Of a stretch of 64,000 nt of DNA, positions 48,626 through 58,651 are shown piece after piece (position 1 is the first letter of the stretch; each line of letters begins with the position of its first letter). The position numbers and the translations under genes were made by a program. Source of the stretch: a virus. The stretch is taken from IMG/VR virus record IMGVR_UViG_3300028304_000465. The stretch is one strand, 5' to 3'. The notes below the pieces were generated by a model. The model saw nothing but the letters and a program-made list of their open reading frames with translations, ran no database searches and was not told the DNA's origin.

Positions 48626-51250
48626 ATGGCATATTATAGTAGCGGGTATCTGGTTACTGATGCACGGCAGTCGGATGCAGAAGCATCAGAGCTGACGACT
48701 GAAATTAGTTCCCTCCCGACTAACACTTCAGTCGACGTAACTGTTTACCAAGACAAATCTGGAGGCACTACTGCTGACAACTCTGAATCTTTTTCTGTTA
48801 GCGATGGCACGACTAAATACTCATTAAGTAATTTCACCGCTTCTTCGGGAGCGAACTATTGGGCGCGATTCGATCTCTCTACGTCTGATTCATCTTCTAC
48901 GCCGTCAGTTGACGCTGTTACATTCAACTTCAAGCCTGAACCGCCGTCTTCTGTCTCGCTTTCTTACGTCGCTGATGACAGCCTCGACCTCACGGTAGAC
49001 GCCCCGAGTACGTGGGGAGATTCGATTGGCTCCTACGAGATTCGCATGGAACGTGATGGGTCTGGATACAATACGACACACGGGGGGCCGTCGAATCCAA
49101 GTGGGTCTACTTCGACGCAAACCTACAACTACGGCCCTTCTTCCGATTCTGAATATCAAAAACAGGTCGGTATCGACTCCTCGTTCAAGTTCCGAGTTCG
49201 AGCAAAAAACTCGGCTGGCACGTCAAGCTGGACGACTTCAGAGACGATTAGAACCACTCCTGCGCCGCCGACCGACGTAAACGTAAACCGTCCTGACGCG
49301 AATACGCTTGAGATTACCTTCACCGGGGGTGCTGATGCTTCGTCTAATTGGCGAGTGTTGGGCCGTGAGGATACTGGTAGCGGGTATAGTGGTTGGAATG
49401 AGTATGCGTACGATTACGGAAGTGCAGGCAAAGGAACAACGAAAACTGTCACTCTTAGCGTTGCGAACGGTGATATAAGCAAAGACGCTCGGTACCAGTT
49501 CAAAATCAAGCATTTCTTCTTCCAAAACTCAACCAGATTCCAGTCAGATGCAGTCTACGCCGACTACGGCAACAAAAACAACGTCTTCTTTGAGGATGGT
49601 TTAGAATCTGGAGACTTGAGCGCATGGAGCGGAGATCGAAGATTGGATGATGCTGATAGTGGTGTCCAATCAGGCTCACACAGTGACTTAGGAATTAATA
49701 GTGCTGATGAAGGAACGTACTACCTTCGTCTCGATGCTACTGACTACGTAGCAACGCCTGATTTCGATGGGACAACTTCAAGCAGTTCGCTGATCGTCCG
49801 TGCTGTCGTTGCCACGGGATCGATGGATAGTGCTTCGCAAAACACGAAAGTCCAAGTCATAGACCGAAACGACGGAGACGGGTGGCACACCATCGAATCG
49901 TTCTCTCACAAGTATAACAAGCAAGGCTGGACACAGATCACGACGATCATCCCATCGACACACGTCTCGTCTTCGATGTCGGTACGGTTCAAAGGGTATA
50001 GCGATGAGGGAGATCACTTTGCTGTTGACAGCGTAGCTGTCTCTGACATTCTTCACGAGTACACGAAGCCGGCCGCACCAAGTGCCTTATCGCTGGATAC
50101 GTCTACAAAACACGAAATTAGTGCTACGTGGACGGCAAATGCAAGCCTACATGGTGTCGATAACTGTTCTGACCGAGCGTACCTCTATCTCGATGGAACC
50201 CAAGAGAAAAAGAACTACCCCGGATTAACTGAATCTGAAACGTTCAATAGTCTCTTAGACGGGGAAGAATACGAAGTTATCATAACTACGGTACAGCACC
50301 AAGATCGTCATGGAGCAGGTGGCAATAACTATTGGACTTCTAACCAGCTAAATGGATTTGCTACAACCTTTTTCCCAATAGATACCCCATCTGCATCCGC
50401 TGACAGCGACACCAGCCTCTCGGTGTCGTGGTCTGACGTTTGGAACAACGAGGACGGCATTCGCGTTCACTATTCCAGCAACAGTGGCTCTACGTGGACG
50501 CAATTTAGCGATCTTGCCGCTGGAACTAATTCCGAAGTGATTACCGGACTCACACAAGACACGGAATATACGATCAAAATAGAGCCGTACACGGAACACG
50601 TCTCGAAAGATAGCGGAACGGACACAGCTATAACGTACCTCAACGAATTGAGGTTGACATCCTCTCATTCGTCATCTATCACGTCTGGTGTAGAGTCCCT
50701 AATTTCGCTTGACGTAGATGCCAGTTCCTATTCCAAACCGATGAGGTCGGGTAGTGCAAGGATTGTTAATCTTCTTGCATTGCCGTCTTCCCACACCACC
50801 TCATCGGTGTCGGCAAGTGAGCGTTCTTCTGTCGGTTACGAAGGACGTGAACCGAACTCTCACTGTCAACCGATCAATCACACGATCTTCAACGAACGCA
50901 CGTCGCTTGAAGTAGTCGATTACAACCTCAATTGGAACCGTGATGAAGTGGCGTGGTACACCGAGTGGTTCCAAGAAGAACGTATCATGGGCAACGAAGA
51001 CGTGCTTTCGGTTCGCTCTCTCGTGGTTGATGATGCAAAGGAACCGGCGGCAACCATCACCGTCCAATACAACTCTGACGGCGATGGGATAGTTGATGAC
51101 GAAAGTGAACCGATAGACACCTGTCAGGATGAAGAAGTCCACGACGTGCGGGGTGTTCCGGTGGATGAAGGCGGCTGGTATCGGCTGAAAATCACGAACT
51201 ACACCGGCTACAACGAAATCTACACTCTCGACATCGGGATGGTTAGATAA
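48626..51250 (+). CDS. large Ser/Thr-rich tail protein with FN3-like repeats (874 aa)
   Basis: PPSSVS, FRVRAKNSAGTS, PAPPTDV, PAAPSAL, YTIKIE motifs. Confidence 0.75.
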   Translation: MAYYSSGYLVTDARQSDAEASELTTEISSLPTNTSVDVTVYQDKSGGTTADNSESFSVSDGTTKYSLSNFTASSGANYWARFDLSTSDSSSTPSVDAVTFNFKPEPPSSVSLSYVADDSLDLTVDAPSTWGDSIGSYEIRMERDGSGYNTTHGGPSNPSGSTSTQTYNYGPSSDSEYQKQVGIDSSFKFRVRAKNSAGTSSWTTSETIRTTPAPPTDVNVNRPDANTLEITFTGGADASSNWRVLGREDTGSGYSGWNEYAYDYGSAGKGTTKTVTLSVANGDISKDARYQFKIKHFFFQNSTRFQSDAVYADYGNKNNVFFEDGLESGDLSAWSGDRRLDDADSGVQSGSHSDLGINSADEGTYYLRLDATDYVATPDFDGTTSSSSLIVRAVVATGSMDSASQNTKVQVIDRNDGDGWHTIESFSHKYNKQGWTQITTIIPSTHVSSSMSVRFKGYSDEGDHFAVDSVAVSDILHEYTKPAAPSALSLDTSTKHEISATWTANASLHGVDNCSDRAYLYLDGTQEKKNYPGLTESETFNSLLDGEEYEVIITTVQHQDRHGAGGNNYWTSNQLNGFATTFFPIDTPSASADSDTSLSVSWSDVWNNEDGIRVHYSSNSGSTWTQFSDLAAGTNSEVITGLTQDTEYTIKIEPYTEHVSKDSGTDTAITYLNELRLTSSHSSSITSGVESLISLDVDASSYSKPMRSGSARIVNLLALPSSHTTSSVSASERSSVGYEGREPNSHCQPINHTIFNERTSLEVVDYNLNWNRDEVAWYTEWFQEERIMGNEDVLSVRSLVVDDAKEPAATITVQYNSDGDGIVDDESEPIDTCQDEEVHDVRGVPVDEGGWYRLKITNYTGYNEIYTLDIGMVR

Positions 51251-51837
51251 TGCACGTCGGAACACACAATAACGAAGCGGACATCATCGAGAATTGGGAT
51301 TACCCAATCTCAATCGAGGAGGATGACAATCTCTATAAACTGCTGGAGGTACTTGCCAGCGAAAATCGCCGCCTCGATCTCGAAATAGAGTCTATTTACG
51401 AAAACAGATTCGTAAAAACGGCAACTGGAAACGAATTAGAAAAGCTCGGAGAGTACGTTGGTATCACTCGGAAGACAGGTGAACCCGACAGCAAGCTCCG
51501 ATTCAGAATCACGGGCGGATTCATTTCACAGGCGAGCGACACCACCTACGATGCGTTTGCATCGGCGGCGCTCGTGATCTTGGACACTAATTCCGGTGCA
51601 GTCGAGTTCATTACACCACCCGATTCTGTCGGCCCCAAAATCGTAGAACTTCGCGTCGACGGGTCGATTATCGACAATCACCCACTGACGTTGGATGAAC
51701 TTCAGGTTCTCTTGAACGGCGCTCTTAGTGTTGACGCCCGTTGTGAGATCGTCGTCAGTGGAACGTTCGCGTTCGGTGGCGACGATGCGTCCCTCAAAGG
51801 GTTCAACGAGGGTACGTGGTCGTCCACACTCAACTAA
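51250..51837 (+). CDS. baseplate wedge protein (gpI-like)
   Basis: TATGNELEKLGEYVGITR..GEPDSKLRFRI. Confidence 0.75.
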   Translation: MHVGTHNNEADIIENWDYPISIEEDDNLYKLLEVLASENRRLDLEIESIYENRFVKTATGNELEKLGEYVGITRKTGEPDSKLRFRITGGFISQASDTTYDAFASAALVILDTNSGAVEFITPPDSVGPKIVELRVDGSIIDNHPLTLDELQVLLNGALSVDARCEIVVSGTFAFGGDDASLKGFNEGTWSSTLN

Positions 51838-51850
51838 TCTTCACTAAACT

Positions 51851-52492
51851 ATGGCCCGAGATAAATTCAACTATACCCACGGAGACAACGGTAAAGCACC
51901 TGCATCGTCGCTCAACTTCGAGAAAAACGAACGCCCTGACGCACAGCACTTCGACTGGTGGTGGGCAACAGTCATCAACAAGATCAACAAAATTTGGAAC
52001 GAGTTTTCTCGGCTTGATTCCGATGACGACGGTGTTGTTGACGCCGCTGACGACGCCGACACGGTAGACGGGAAGCACTACTCCGACATTCAGTCGTGGG
52101 TGAACAACAACGCAGACGTTCCAAACGCAGATCAAGCTGATTCTGCTACCTCTGCGGGTGATGCTGATACCCTCGATGGATTCCACGCAGAAGACCTCGA
52201 CATGGAGATCGAGGACGACGGGACAGAAATAGCAGATCATCCTACTATCCTTAATGTTGGTACGAATCTGTCTGCCACCGATGAGGGGGGTGGAAAGACT
52301 ACTATCGGCGTATCGGGGAAAGTAGACTCTGCAAGTAATTCTGATACCGTCAGTGGGAAAGACGGAGTAAATCACCCTGCTGGTTCAGTTCCAGAGTTCG
52401 CTGACGTGTCTACTGGAGAGTCGGAAATGGACCGTGGTGAACGGTTCGTTGTTAAACAATCTGACGGCTACCACATCTACCTTGTAGAATAA
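51851..52492 (+). CDS. tail fibre protein
   Basis: Repeated DADTVDGKH/DADTLDGFH motifs. Confidence 0.7.
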   Translation: MARDKFNYTHGDNGKAPASSLNFEKNERPDAQHFDWWWATVINKINKIWNEFSRLDSDDDGVVDAADDADTVDGKHYSDIQSWVNNNADVPNADQADSATSAGDADTLDGFHAEDLDMEIEDDGTEIADHPTILNVGTNLSATDEGGGKTTIGVSGKVDSASNSDTVSGKDGVNHPAGSVPEFADVSTGESEMDRGERFVVKQSDGYHIYLVE

Positions 52493-52980
52493 TGACTGTT
52501 AACGATCTCACTGAAAAAGAAGCTCGGATTTTCGTCAACGGGACACATCACACATCTTACGATCAGCGAGCAAATAGCTCAGACTACGATGTTTCTGTAT
52601 CAGATAATAAAACAATAGTCAACGGTGTACTCCAAAGTGAATTTGGATGGGATAAAACTTCAGATACACCGGAATATCTAACTCTAAATTTCGACGTTTT
52701 ACATGATGGAATAAGTGGAATTGACACAATTGAGGTTATTCTTAGAACGATGCCCGGAACAGTAACAGAAGAATTGTCTGTTAATGGTTCTCTCGTTGCT
52801 GATGGCTCTATATCTGGAACACACAGTGTTTCGTTATCAGACGGTGATACAATCGAGGCTTACGTAGAAACGGACGATCCGTCTAATAACGACGAAAGTG
52901 TTATCTCTCTCACCATAAATTTGCATGGAGACTATAACACTTCTACTGGATTTTCTGTTGATGGAGTAACACAGTCTTAA
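52492..52980 (+). CDS. low-GC tail-associated protein (162 aa)
   Basis: AT-rich, beta-rich, coupled to the fibre gene. Confidence 0.6.
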   Translation: MTVNDLTEKEARIFVNGTHHTSYDQRANSSDYDVSVSDNKTIVNGVLQSEFGWDKTSDTPEYLTLNFDVLHDGISGIDTIEVILRTMPGTVTEELSVNGSLVADGSISGTHSVSLSDGDTIEAYVETDDPSNNDESVISLTINLHGDYNTSTGFSVDGVTQS

Positions 52981-52981
52981 A

Positions 52982-53161
52982 ATGACTTCCGAGAAAGAGA
53001 CGATGCTTTCTCTGCCCATCATGGGCGATCTCACGTTCCGCGAGTGGCACGCTGTCGTGGATGGACTCTACTGCGGCTATAATGACATCCACGAAACAGA
53101 GTACACACAAGAAAAACACTACTGGCGAACTGGTTGGCTGATCGGTAACTATCTTCCCTAA
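52982..53161 (+). CDS. hypothetical protein (59 aa)
   Basis: Hand translation MTSEKETMLSL...GWLIGNYLP. Confidence 0.55.
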   Translation: MTSEKETMLSLPIMGDLTFREWHAVVDGLYCGYNDIHETEYTQEKHYWRTGWLIGNYLP

Positions 53162-53163
53162 TC

Positions 53164-53277
53164 ATGGCCGAATATATTCAATGTCCTAATCCCAAGCTTC
53201 CGGCGTGTCCGGGTCAGGTATTCGTTGGCGGTGGGTGTCCCGTCTGTCCTGAATGTGGCTGGTCGAAGTGTGGATAA
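53164..53277 (+). CDS. micro Zn-ribbon protein (37 aa)
   Basis: MAEYIQCPNPKLPACPGQVFVGGGCPVCPECGWSKCG. Confidence 0.55.
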   Translation: MAEYIQCPNPKLPACPGQVFVGGGCPVCPECGWSKCG

Positions 53278-53280
53278 TCC

Positions 53281-53622
53281 ATGAATCCAAAAACGTACCC
53301 GGCGCAAATCAATCGCGTTGTCGATGGTGACACATTAGAAGTTGAACTTGATCTCTTTCCCGGCATCGAATATAAAATCACAGTTCGACTTCTTGGCGTA
53401 GATACACACGAAACATACGGGACAAAACATGAGAGTGAAGAGTATCAATGCGGTATAAAAGAAAAACAATTCGTTGAACAGTGGATTGAAAACACCGATG
53501 AGGTGAGAGTGAAAGTCCACGGTCAAGGCAAGTACGGTCGCTATCTCGCAGAAATCATGGATGGCGAAGACTCTGTTCTCAACGACCAGCTAATTGATCG
53601 GTTCGACGGCGTAGCCTACTAA
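53281..53622 (+). CDS. thermonuclease (SNase-like)
   Basis: VVDGDT, VRLLGVDTHE, GKYGRYLAEI. Confidence 0.85.
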   Translation: MNPKTYPAQINRVVDGDTLEVELDLFPGIEYKITVRLLGVDTHETYGTKHESEEYQCGIKEKQFVEQWIENTDEVRVKVHGQGKYGRYLAEIMDGEDSVLNDQLIDRFDGVAY

Positions 53623-53674
53623 CCGGACGAGTTTTTGAACCGAGTGGGATAGCGCGGTGGGTTCAGTGCAGTGG

Positions 53675-53818
53675 TTACTCGGTGAGTGTCTTTTCTGCTT
53701 TCCGGCGGAGTCGCCGTGCCTCATGACGGGCAGACGTTGGACGAGACTCGTCGTTGGCGATCTCGTCCATCTCGTCTAACAGAAAGGCGGCTTCGCGGGG
53801 GTTCAGTCCAACGTCCAT
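53675..53818 (-). CDS. small protein (47 aa), convergent with the late operon
   Basis: MDVGLNPREAAFLLDEMDE...; TTTTAAG about 25 nt upstream. Confidence 0.5.
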   Translation of the reverse strand: MDVGLNPREAAFLLDEMDEIANDESRPTSARHEARRLRRKAEKTLTE

Positions 53819-53877
53819 ACATTATGCTTCTGAAGCTGATAGCTTAAAACCGGTCATCAATTCTTTGTTAGCTTTGT

Positions 53878-53920
53878 CCCCTTACAGTGGTTCTTCCACT
53901 GTGAGGGGCCTTTTTTTTTT
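53878..53920 (+). terminator. strong hairpin plus T10 terminator at the late/replication boundary
   Basis: CCCCTTACAGTGG-TTCTT-CCACTGTGAGGGG followed by T10. Confidence 0.75.
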
Positions 53921-54018
53921 GGCTTAAACATACTGCCACTACACCCCCTCATCGGTTTTAACAGTTCTATAGTTAACAGTACAGTATAACACTTCGCGCA
54001 CACACGCGAGACGCAACC

Positions 54019-54201
54019 CTACTGGTGCGGGCCTCGCACCGACCACGCTGGAATCCGAACTTTTCTGTCGCAAACGCGGGTCCAGAACAGGAGCGCCGCC
54101 AGCACAGCCAGCAGGCCCGCCACGGGCGCTGTGAGGCCCAAGAGGATGTTTCCTACCAGCACGACCAGAAACGTCACAGCGTAGCGATTAAGGCGGCTCA
54201 T
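54019..54201 (-). CDS. small membrane protein (60 aa)
   Basis: Two hydrophobic segments. Confidence 0.55.
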   Translation of the reverse strand: MSRLNRYAVTFLVVLVGNILLGLTAPVAGLLAVLAALLFWTRVCDRKVRIPAWSVRGPHQ

Positions 54202-54485
54202 GTTGATTCTTTGGTTTCCTCAAAATCGAAGAGCGAAGTTTGCTCTTCGTCGTCGCGGGGGTGTGCTATTTTTGTGTGCGGCTTGGCCGAACTCGGGGAG
54301 CGCGGGGGCATCAATCTGCTATTCCTTCTAAGTCGAAATTAGGCGTCCGTAGTTTCGTCCACGTCACCGAGTCGATGTCGCCCTCGAAATGAAGGCGGAA
54401 CGTCAACCATGTGGGTTCCATGATCCCGCTCTCACCCTCCGGGCCGAAGTGGTAGTCGATGGTAGTGTGAGAGTATGTCATAGTT

Positions 54486-55055
54486 TTAACTCGATAAGAC
54501 TTCTTCTTTGGCCGCGCTCCAACTACTAAATCTTTCATACATTGTAGTCATGCTTGGTTCATTAGTTCTCCACTTTTCGTATGAGCGCACCGTTGGCTCT
54601 TCTCCGTTCTCGAATACATACTTTCTAATTGCTTCTTTACACTCTTTTTTTGTAACTCCACGATGTTTCATCTTATGTTCTGATCCTGTAAGGGGCTTCA
54701 AGTTCTCCGGTCTATTGTCTAATAGATTGCCATTCTTATGGTGTACTTCTTTGTCCTTTACCTCTTCAAAACCATACTCCGCGACCGCGATAAGTCTATG
54801 AATGCTAACGCATTTTCGACCCTCTTTAGCGGATACGCTAAATTGTGAATATTCACGTCTACTTAGATTTCCCAAAGAAAAATGACCATGTTTCTTTTTG
54901 CATGGTTTTGATCTTTCAATTCCAAACTTCTTCATCCAATAGCGAGCAGTTGAACCAGAACAACCTAATTCATCTCCAACATCTCTTGTGGACTGTAATC
55001 TCCCATATGCTTTACGGAGCTTTTCCTCATCTCGCCACGGTTTCTCTTCGCTCAT
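54486..55055 (-). CDS. HNH homing endonuclease with N-terminal HTH and C-terminal helical repeat
   Basis: HRLIA...VHHKNGNLLDNRPENL....SEH..KH. Confidence 0.88.
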   Translation of the reverse strand: MSEEKPWRDEEKLRKAYGRLQSTRDVGDELGCSGSTARYWMKKFGIERSKPCKKKHGHFSLGNLSRREYSQFSVSAKEGRKCVSIHRLIAVAEYGFEEVKDKEVHHKNGNLLDNRPENLKPLTGSEHKMKHRGVTKKECKEAIRKYVFENGEEPTVRSYEKWRTNEPSMTTMYERFSSWSAAKEEVLSS

Positions 55056-58000
55056 TAGCAGAACCCTCCGAGTGTCGCCTGAGTCTCAACTTGGCCCCGG
55101 AGCGCGGCTTGTGTCTCCACACCGAAGGCGTCGAGGATGTCGTCCATCGGGTTCACCAGCACTTTCCTCTGCATCTTCCCCGCGTCCATCCTCAGTTCGT
55201 CTTCGATAGGTTCCAAGTCGCTTCCATCGTTGAACGTGATTACATCTACCAGTTCACCGTTGACCGTGAGATTCGGCTTCAGATAGACTCGGCTCGGCTG
55301 GTCCCCTTCACCGATGTCCACGTCGAGGAGGTGATTTGCGAACCACGCCCCTCGTGGGTGAGCGCCTTGTGGGTGGTCGCCGCTCGTGGACCAAGTGTAG
55401 TAGTTTTCCTTCTCTGATTTCTGTTTCGAGATTTTCTGACCGAGGCCCTGCGGCATCCCGATACGGTCCCAATCGGGGTTACGGGCGTCGATGGAAGACG
55501 CGGCTTCGTGCATGATGTCGGAAACATCCTGTTTTGAACCATCTCGAAGGATGGTGTGAAGGATTTCACGCTGTGTGTCTTTCGTGATGGGAGCGAAGTT
55601 TGACTTCACGCAGGCGTAGCCAGAGATGGAGATTTTTCCCTCGCCGCCGTTGACCTGTTCATCGAAGTCCATCCCTTCAGCCCACTGGCTTTTATAAGCG
55701 TAAAATTTCTTGCTTCCGCTCTGAAACATCGTTGCCAGCATCTCTAACTCGATGAACCAGCGGTTGTCTTCCTCGGGGATGTTGAACTCCGAGCAAAGCG
55801 CAGGGTACACCTCTTCGTTGAGATCGTCGCAGACACCCTGTGCATATTCCAGCACTCGCTCTTGCTCCCACTCCTCGGGGTACTCGACGTAGTTTGAGTC
55901 CGTATTGTGGACAGTCAGTCGGCCAATTCCTGCGTTGAAGTGTTCATTTTCAGTTGATAGGTCATACACATAGTCACCGTCGTACTCGACTTGTTCGACC
56001 GACAATACCTCTGAACGGATACCGTCATCTTCTCTGGAGTGTATTCTTGGGTACTCCTTCCCATAATTGTCTCGGAAGTTTACACCAGCATCCATTCCAA
56101 GTCTATCAAGTAGATAGGTTAGACCTGCACCGAGGGTGTGACTGTTTGTGTAGGACCGATGGAATAACTTGTCGTACCGTTCATCGTCATCCCCATCACC
56201 AAATTGATACCCGTCGAGGAACGCCCGCATCACACTTTTGGTTCCGTTCAAGACATCCTCGGGGACTTTTTTCTTTCCGTCTGAAGCATAGAGCTTTGGT
56301 TGTAACTTAGAGCAAAGCTTGGAGACAGCACCCCACTCATTATCACCAGAACGTAGCTGGAGACACCCACTCGATTCTTTGTAGTCCTTAACTTCAGTAT
56401 CGAACCCAAACACACGCTCCATTGCGTATCCTATCTGCGTCAGTACGCTTCGGTTGTTCTTGGTGACTTTGAACTGTGAGTCAATAGCTGTCCCGTCAGC
56501 CACGAGAACACCATACATCCATGCTTTTTCGTGGCTTATTTCCGACGTATTTCCCACAGCATCAGCAAGTTTCGTGTGCATCAACGTGTCTCCCTCTTCA
56601 ACTTCCGTTGGAGGAATCTCGTTTCCAGACTCGTTGAGTAGTCCGTGGTCCTCTGTTACGTGTACCACACCGTTTCTTGTCCGAACGCGGTACATCTGTT
56701 TCCGGTTTGGTTTTCGGATAGTGTCAGTACACGTTACCCATCCATCTTCAGACCACACCTCGAACTCTCCCGAGTCGTACTCATTATGCAACTGTTCTAT
56801 CGGAAGAATATTTACTTCTCCATCTTCCCTCACGTACACTGGCTCGAAGTGGGGTACAGAATCTCCATATGCCACGGACCCTTCTGTCTCTTCGTCCACG
56901 TACCGCGCCGTCTCCTTGATGACAACCTGACCAGTCAGGGTGACAGCCGCCGCGATTTTCGGATTGTAAAGCGGAGATTTATCATATCCAGTATATCCGT
57001 AATAGGAATTGAAAATTGTTTTTGTTGTTCCGTAATTCTCCGACATTTGTTCATATTTTTCTGTACCATACTCTAATTCTTTTAATTCTCTCTTGTACTC
57101 CATCTTCAGTTCATCGTACTCTTCCACGAGTTCCTTGATGATGGAGTCCTTGTCAGTACGGAACGTGACGCCGTTCTCGGCTACGACGTGAGGGATGTCT
57201 TCCTTCACGGCACGCTTGCGGTCGATGAGCGTGTCAGGCGAGGCGTTGAGCATCGCCTGCGTCATCGGGTAGAGCGAGGCGAGGTCCTTCCCAACGACGT
57301 TCTTCTTAACTCCCTTGAACGCAGGGAAGACGAACGCGCCGTCGTAGTTCACGTCACTGTTCCCCTCCATCGCCTCGATGACGTGAGGGTTGTCGTAAGC
57401 AGTGACCATCACAACCTCGTGGTCGTGACAGGCACGTCGGACGGACATGGATACGAAGTCTTTGTTCATCCGGGTCTGTTCCCAATCGACCCCAATCATG
57501 TCTTTCAGGCGTTTCTTGAAGCCGAGGACGTTTTCCTCGCGGTTGATTTCGACCGTGAGGCGCGTGTCCTTGGTGTTGTAGTCCACGAACTTCGCGGGGT
57601 TGTCCCGGTAGAGTTCGTAGAACCCCTTGTCCGTGTGTTCTATCTTTGCGTCTTCCAGTTTGTCTTGCGCTACGTCATCGAGCCGCTTCGAGTCGGGTTT
57701 GGTGAACTTCGTACTGACCCATGTATCCATGAGATCGAGGGTCGTGCGGCCACGGATGGAGGTACGGTATCCATCGTCGCCCTTCCGCTTATTCTTCACA
57801 TAACCCTCACGAGAAAGGCGAGACGTAGAGACGTGTTTATTCTCCATACGCGCCACGATGTGCGGCAAGTCGAACCCATCCGTTCGACTGTCACCGCAGT
57901 TCCACCCCGTGATGATGTCCGGGTCCTTCTGCTGGACCCACTGCGCGAACTTCATCAGCATCTCCCGCTCCGACATGAACGTATTCAGTGCGTCAGGCTC

Positions 58001-58651
58001 AGTAACACCGAGGTCTGCCATGCTCTCCGGGTCTTCTACGCCGAAGAACTCTGCATCCTCCACACCATCGGTGTCGAGGAACGTGACGTACTCATCATCG
58101 TAAGAATCGTGAACCGCAACGGAGAGAATACGCGCCCCTCCCGGTGCGGGGAAGCCCGAACCACGGTCATCTGTCTCGATGTCCAGAGTCAGTACGCGCG
58201 GTTCTACGTCCATCTCGACAGGTTCTACCTCGTCAACTGAACAAACCGATGAGGGGGCGGAAGCACCAGTGACGAGTTCCTTATCAATACGAAGCCGGTT
58301 CGTGAACACCACGTCGGCTCCCCATGTCTTTTCCCATCTGTCGCGGAGGTCACGCACCGCTCCGGGGTGGGAAGCTACGACCTTCACGAGTTCCGTCGGG
58401 TCATCGCTGAACCGCTCTCGGAGCGGCATGAAGTCTGACCCTTCGTACCGAACGAGTTCGTCGTGGTCAGCCGGAGCAAGGTTGTCCTGCTCGTCGGCGG
58501 GGATGTAGAAGTAGGGTTCAAAGCCAGTCACCGTGATGGACTTTGCCACCCCCTCATCGGTGCGACCATAGAGTCGGACAACAACCTCGTCCAGCTCGTT
58601 GAACTCGTTCGGGTACAGCGTCTCTGTGTTTTGGATAGCAATTTCTATCAT
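55055..58651 (-). CDS. polB: family B DNA polymerase (intein-containing)
   Basis: Exo I DIET, Exo II GWN..FD, DLASLYP, K...NSYYG, YGD|TDS split by an intein. Confidence 0.96.
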   Translation of the reverse strand: MIEIAIQNTETLYPNEFNELDEVVVRLYGRTDEGVAKSITVTGFEPYFYIPADEQDNLAPADHDELVRYEGSDFMPLRERFSDDPTELVKVVASHPGAVRDLRDRWEKTWGADVVFTNRLRIDKELVTGASAPSSVCSVDEVEPVEMDVEPRVLTLDIETDDRGSGFPAPGGARILSVAVHDSYDDEYVTFLDTDGVEDAEFFGVEDPESMADLGVTEPDALNTFMSEREMLMKFAQWVQQKDPDIITGWNCGDSRTDGFDLPHIVARMENKHVSTSRLSREGYVKNKRKGDDGYRTSIRGRTTLDLMDTWVSTKFTKPDSKRLDDVAQDKLEDAKIEHTDKGFYELYRDNPAKFVDYNTKDTRLTVEINREENVLGFKKRLKDMIGVDWEQTRMNKDFVSMSVRRACHDHEVVMVTAYDNPHVIEAMEGNSDVNYDGAFVFPAFKGVKKNVVGKDLASLYPMTQAMLNASPDTLIDRKRAVKEDIPHVVAENGVTFRTDKDSIIKELVEEYDELKMEYKRELKELEYGTEKYEQMSENYGTTKTIFNSYYGYTGYDKSPLYNPKIAAAVTLTGQVVIKETARYVDEETEGSVAYGDSVPHFEPVYVREDGEVNILPIEQLHNEYDSGEFEVWSEDGWVTCTDTIRKPNRKQMYRVRTRNGVVHVTEDHGLLNESGNEIPPTEVEEGDTLMHTKLADAVGNTSEISHEKAWMYGVLVADGTAIDSQFKVTKNNRSVLTQIGYAMERVFGFDTEVKDYKESSGCLQLRSGDNEWGAVSKLCSKLQPKLYASDGKKKVPEDVLNGTKSVMRAFLDGYQFGDGDDDERYDKLFHRSYTNSHTLGAGLTYLLDRLGMDAGVNFRDNYGKEYPRIHSREDDGIRSEVLSVEQVEYDGDYVYDLSTENEHFNAGIGRLTVHNTDSNYVEYPEEWEQERVLEYAQGVCDDLNEEVYPALCSEFNIPEEDNRWFIELEMLATMFQSGSKKFYAYKSQWAEGMDFDEQVNGGEGKISISGYACVKSNFAPITKDTQREILHTILRDGSKQDVSDIMHEAASSIDARNPDWDRIGMPQGLGQKISKQKSEKENYYTWSTSGDHPQGAHPRGAWFANHLLDVDIGEGDQPSRVYLKPNLTVNGELVDVITFNDGSDLEPIEDELRMDAGKMQRKVLVNPMDDILDAFGVETQAALRGQVETQATLGGFC
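55904..56860 (-). mobile_element. intein (319 aa) with LAGLIDADG domain in PolB motif C
   Basis: Begins S after YGD and ends VHN before TDS; YGVLVADG and FLDGYQFGDG; lower GC. Confidence 0.92.

Noticed and set aside
47843-52980. Invertible tail-fibre cassette or diversity-generating retroelement
   Set aside because: No invertase, reverse transcriptase, flanking inverted repeats or template/variable repeat pair seen.
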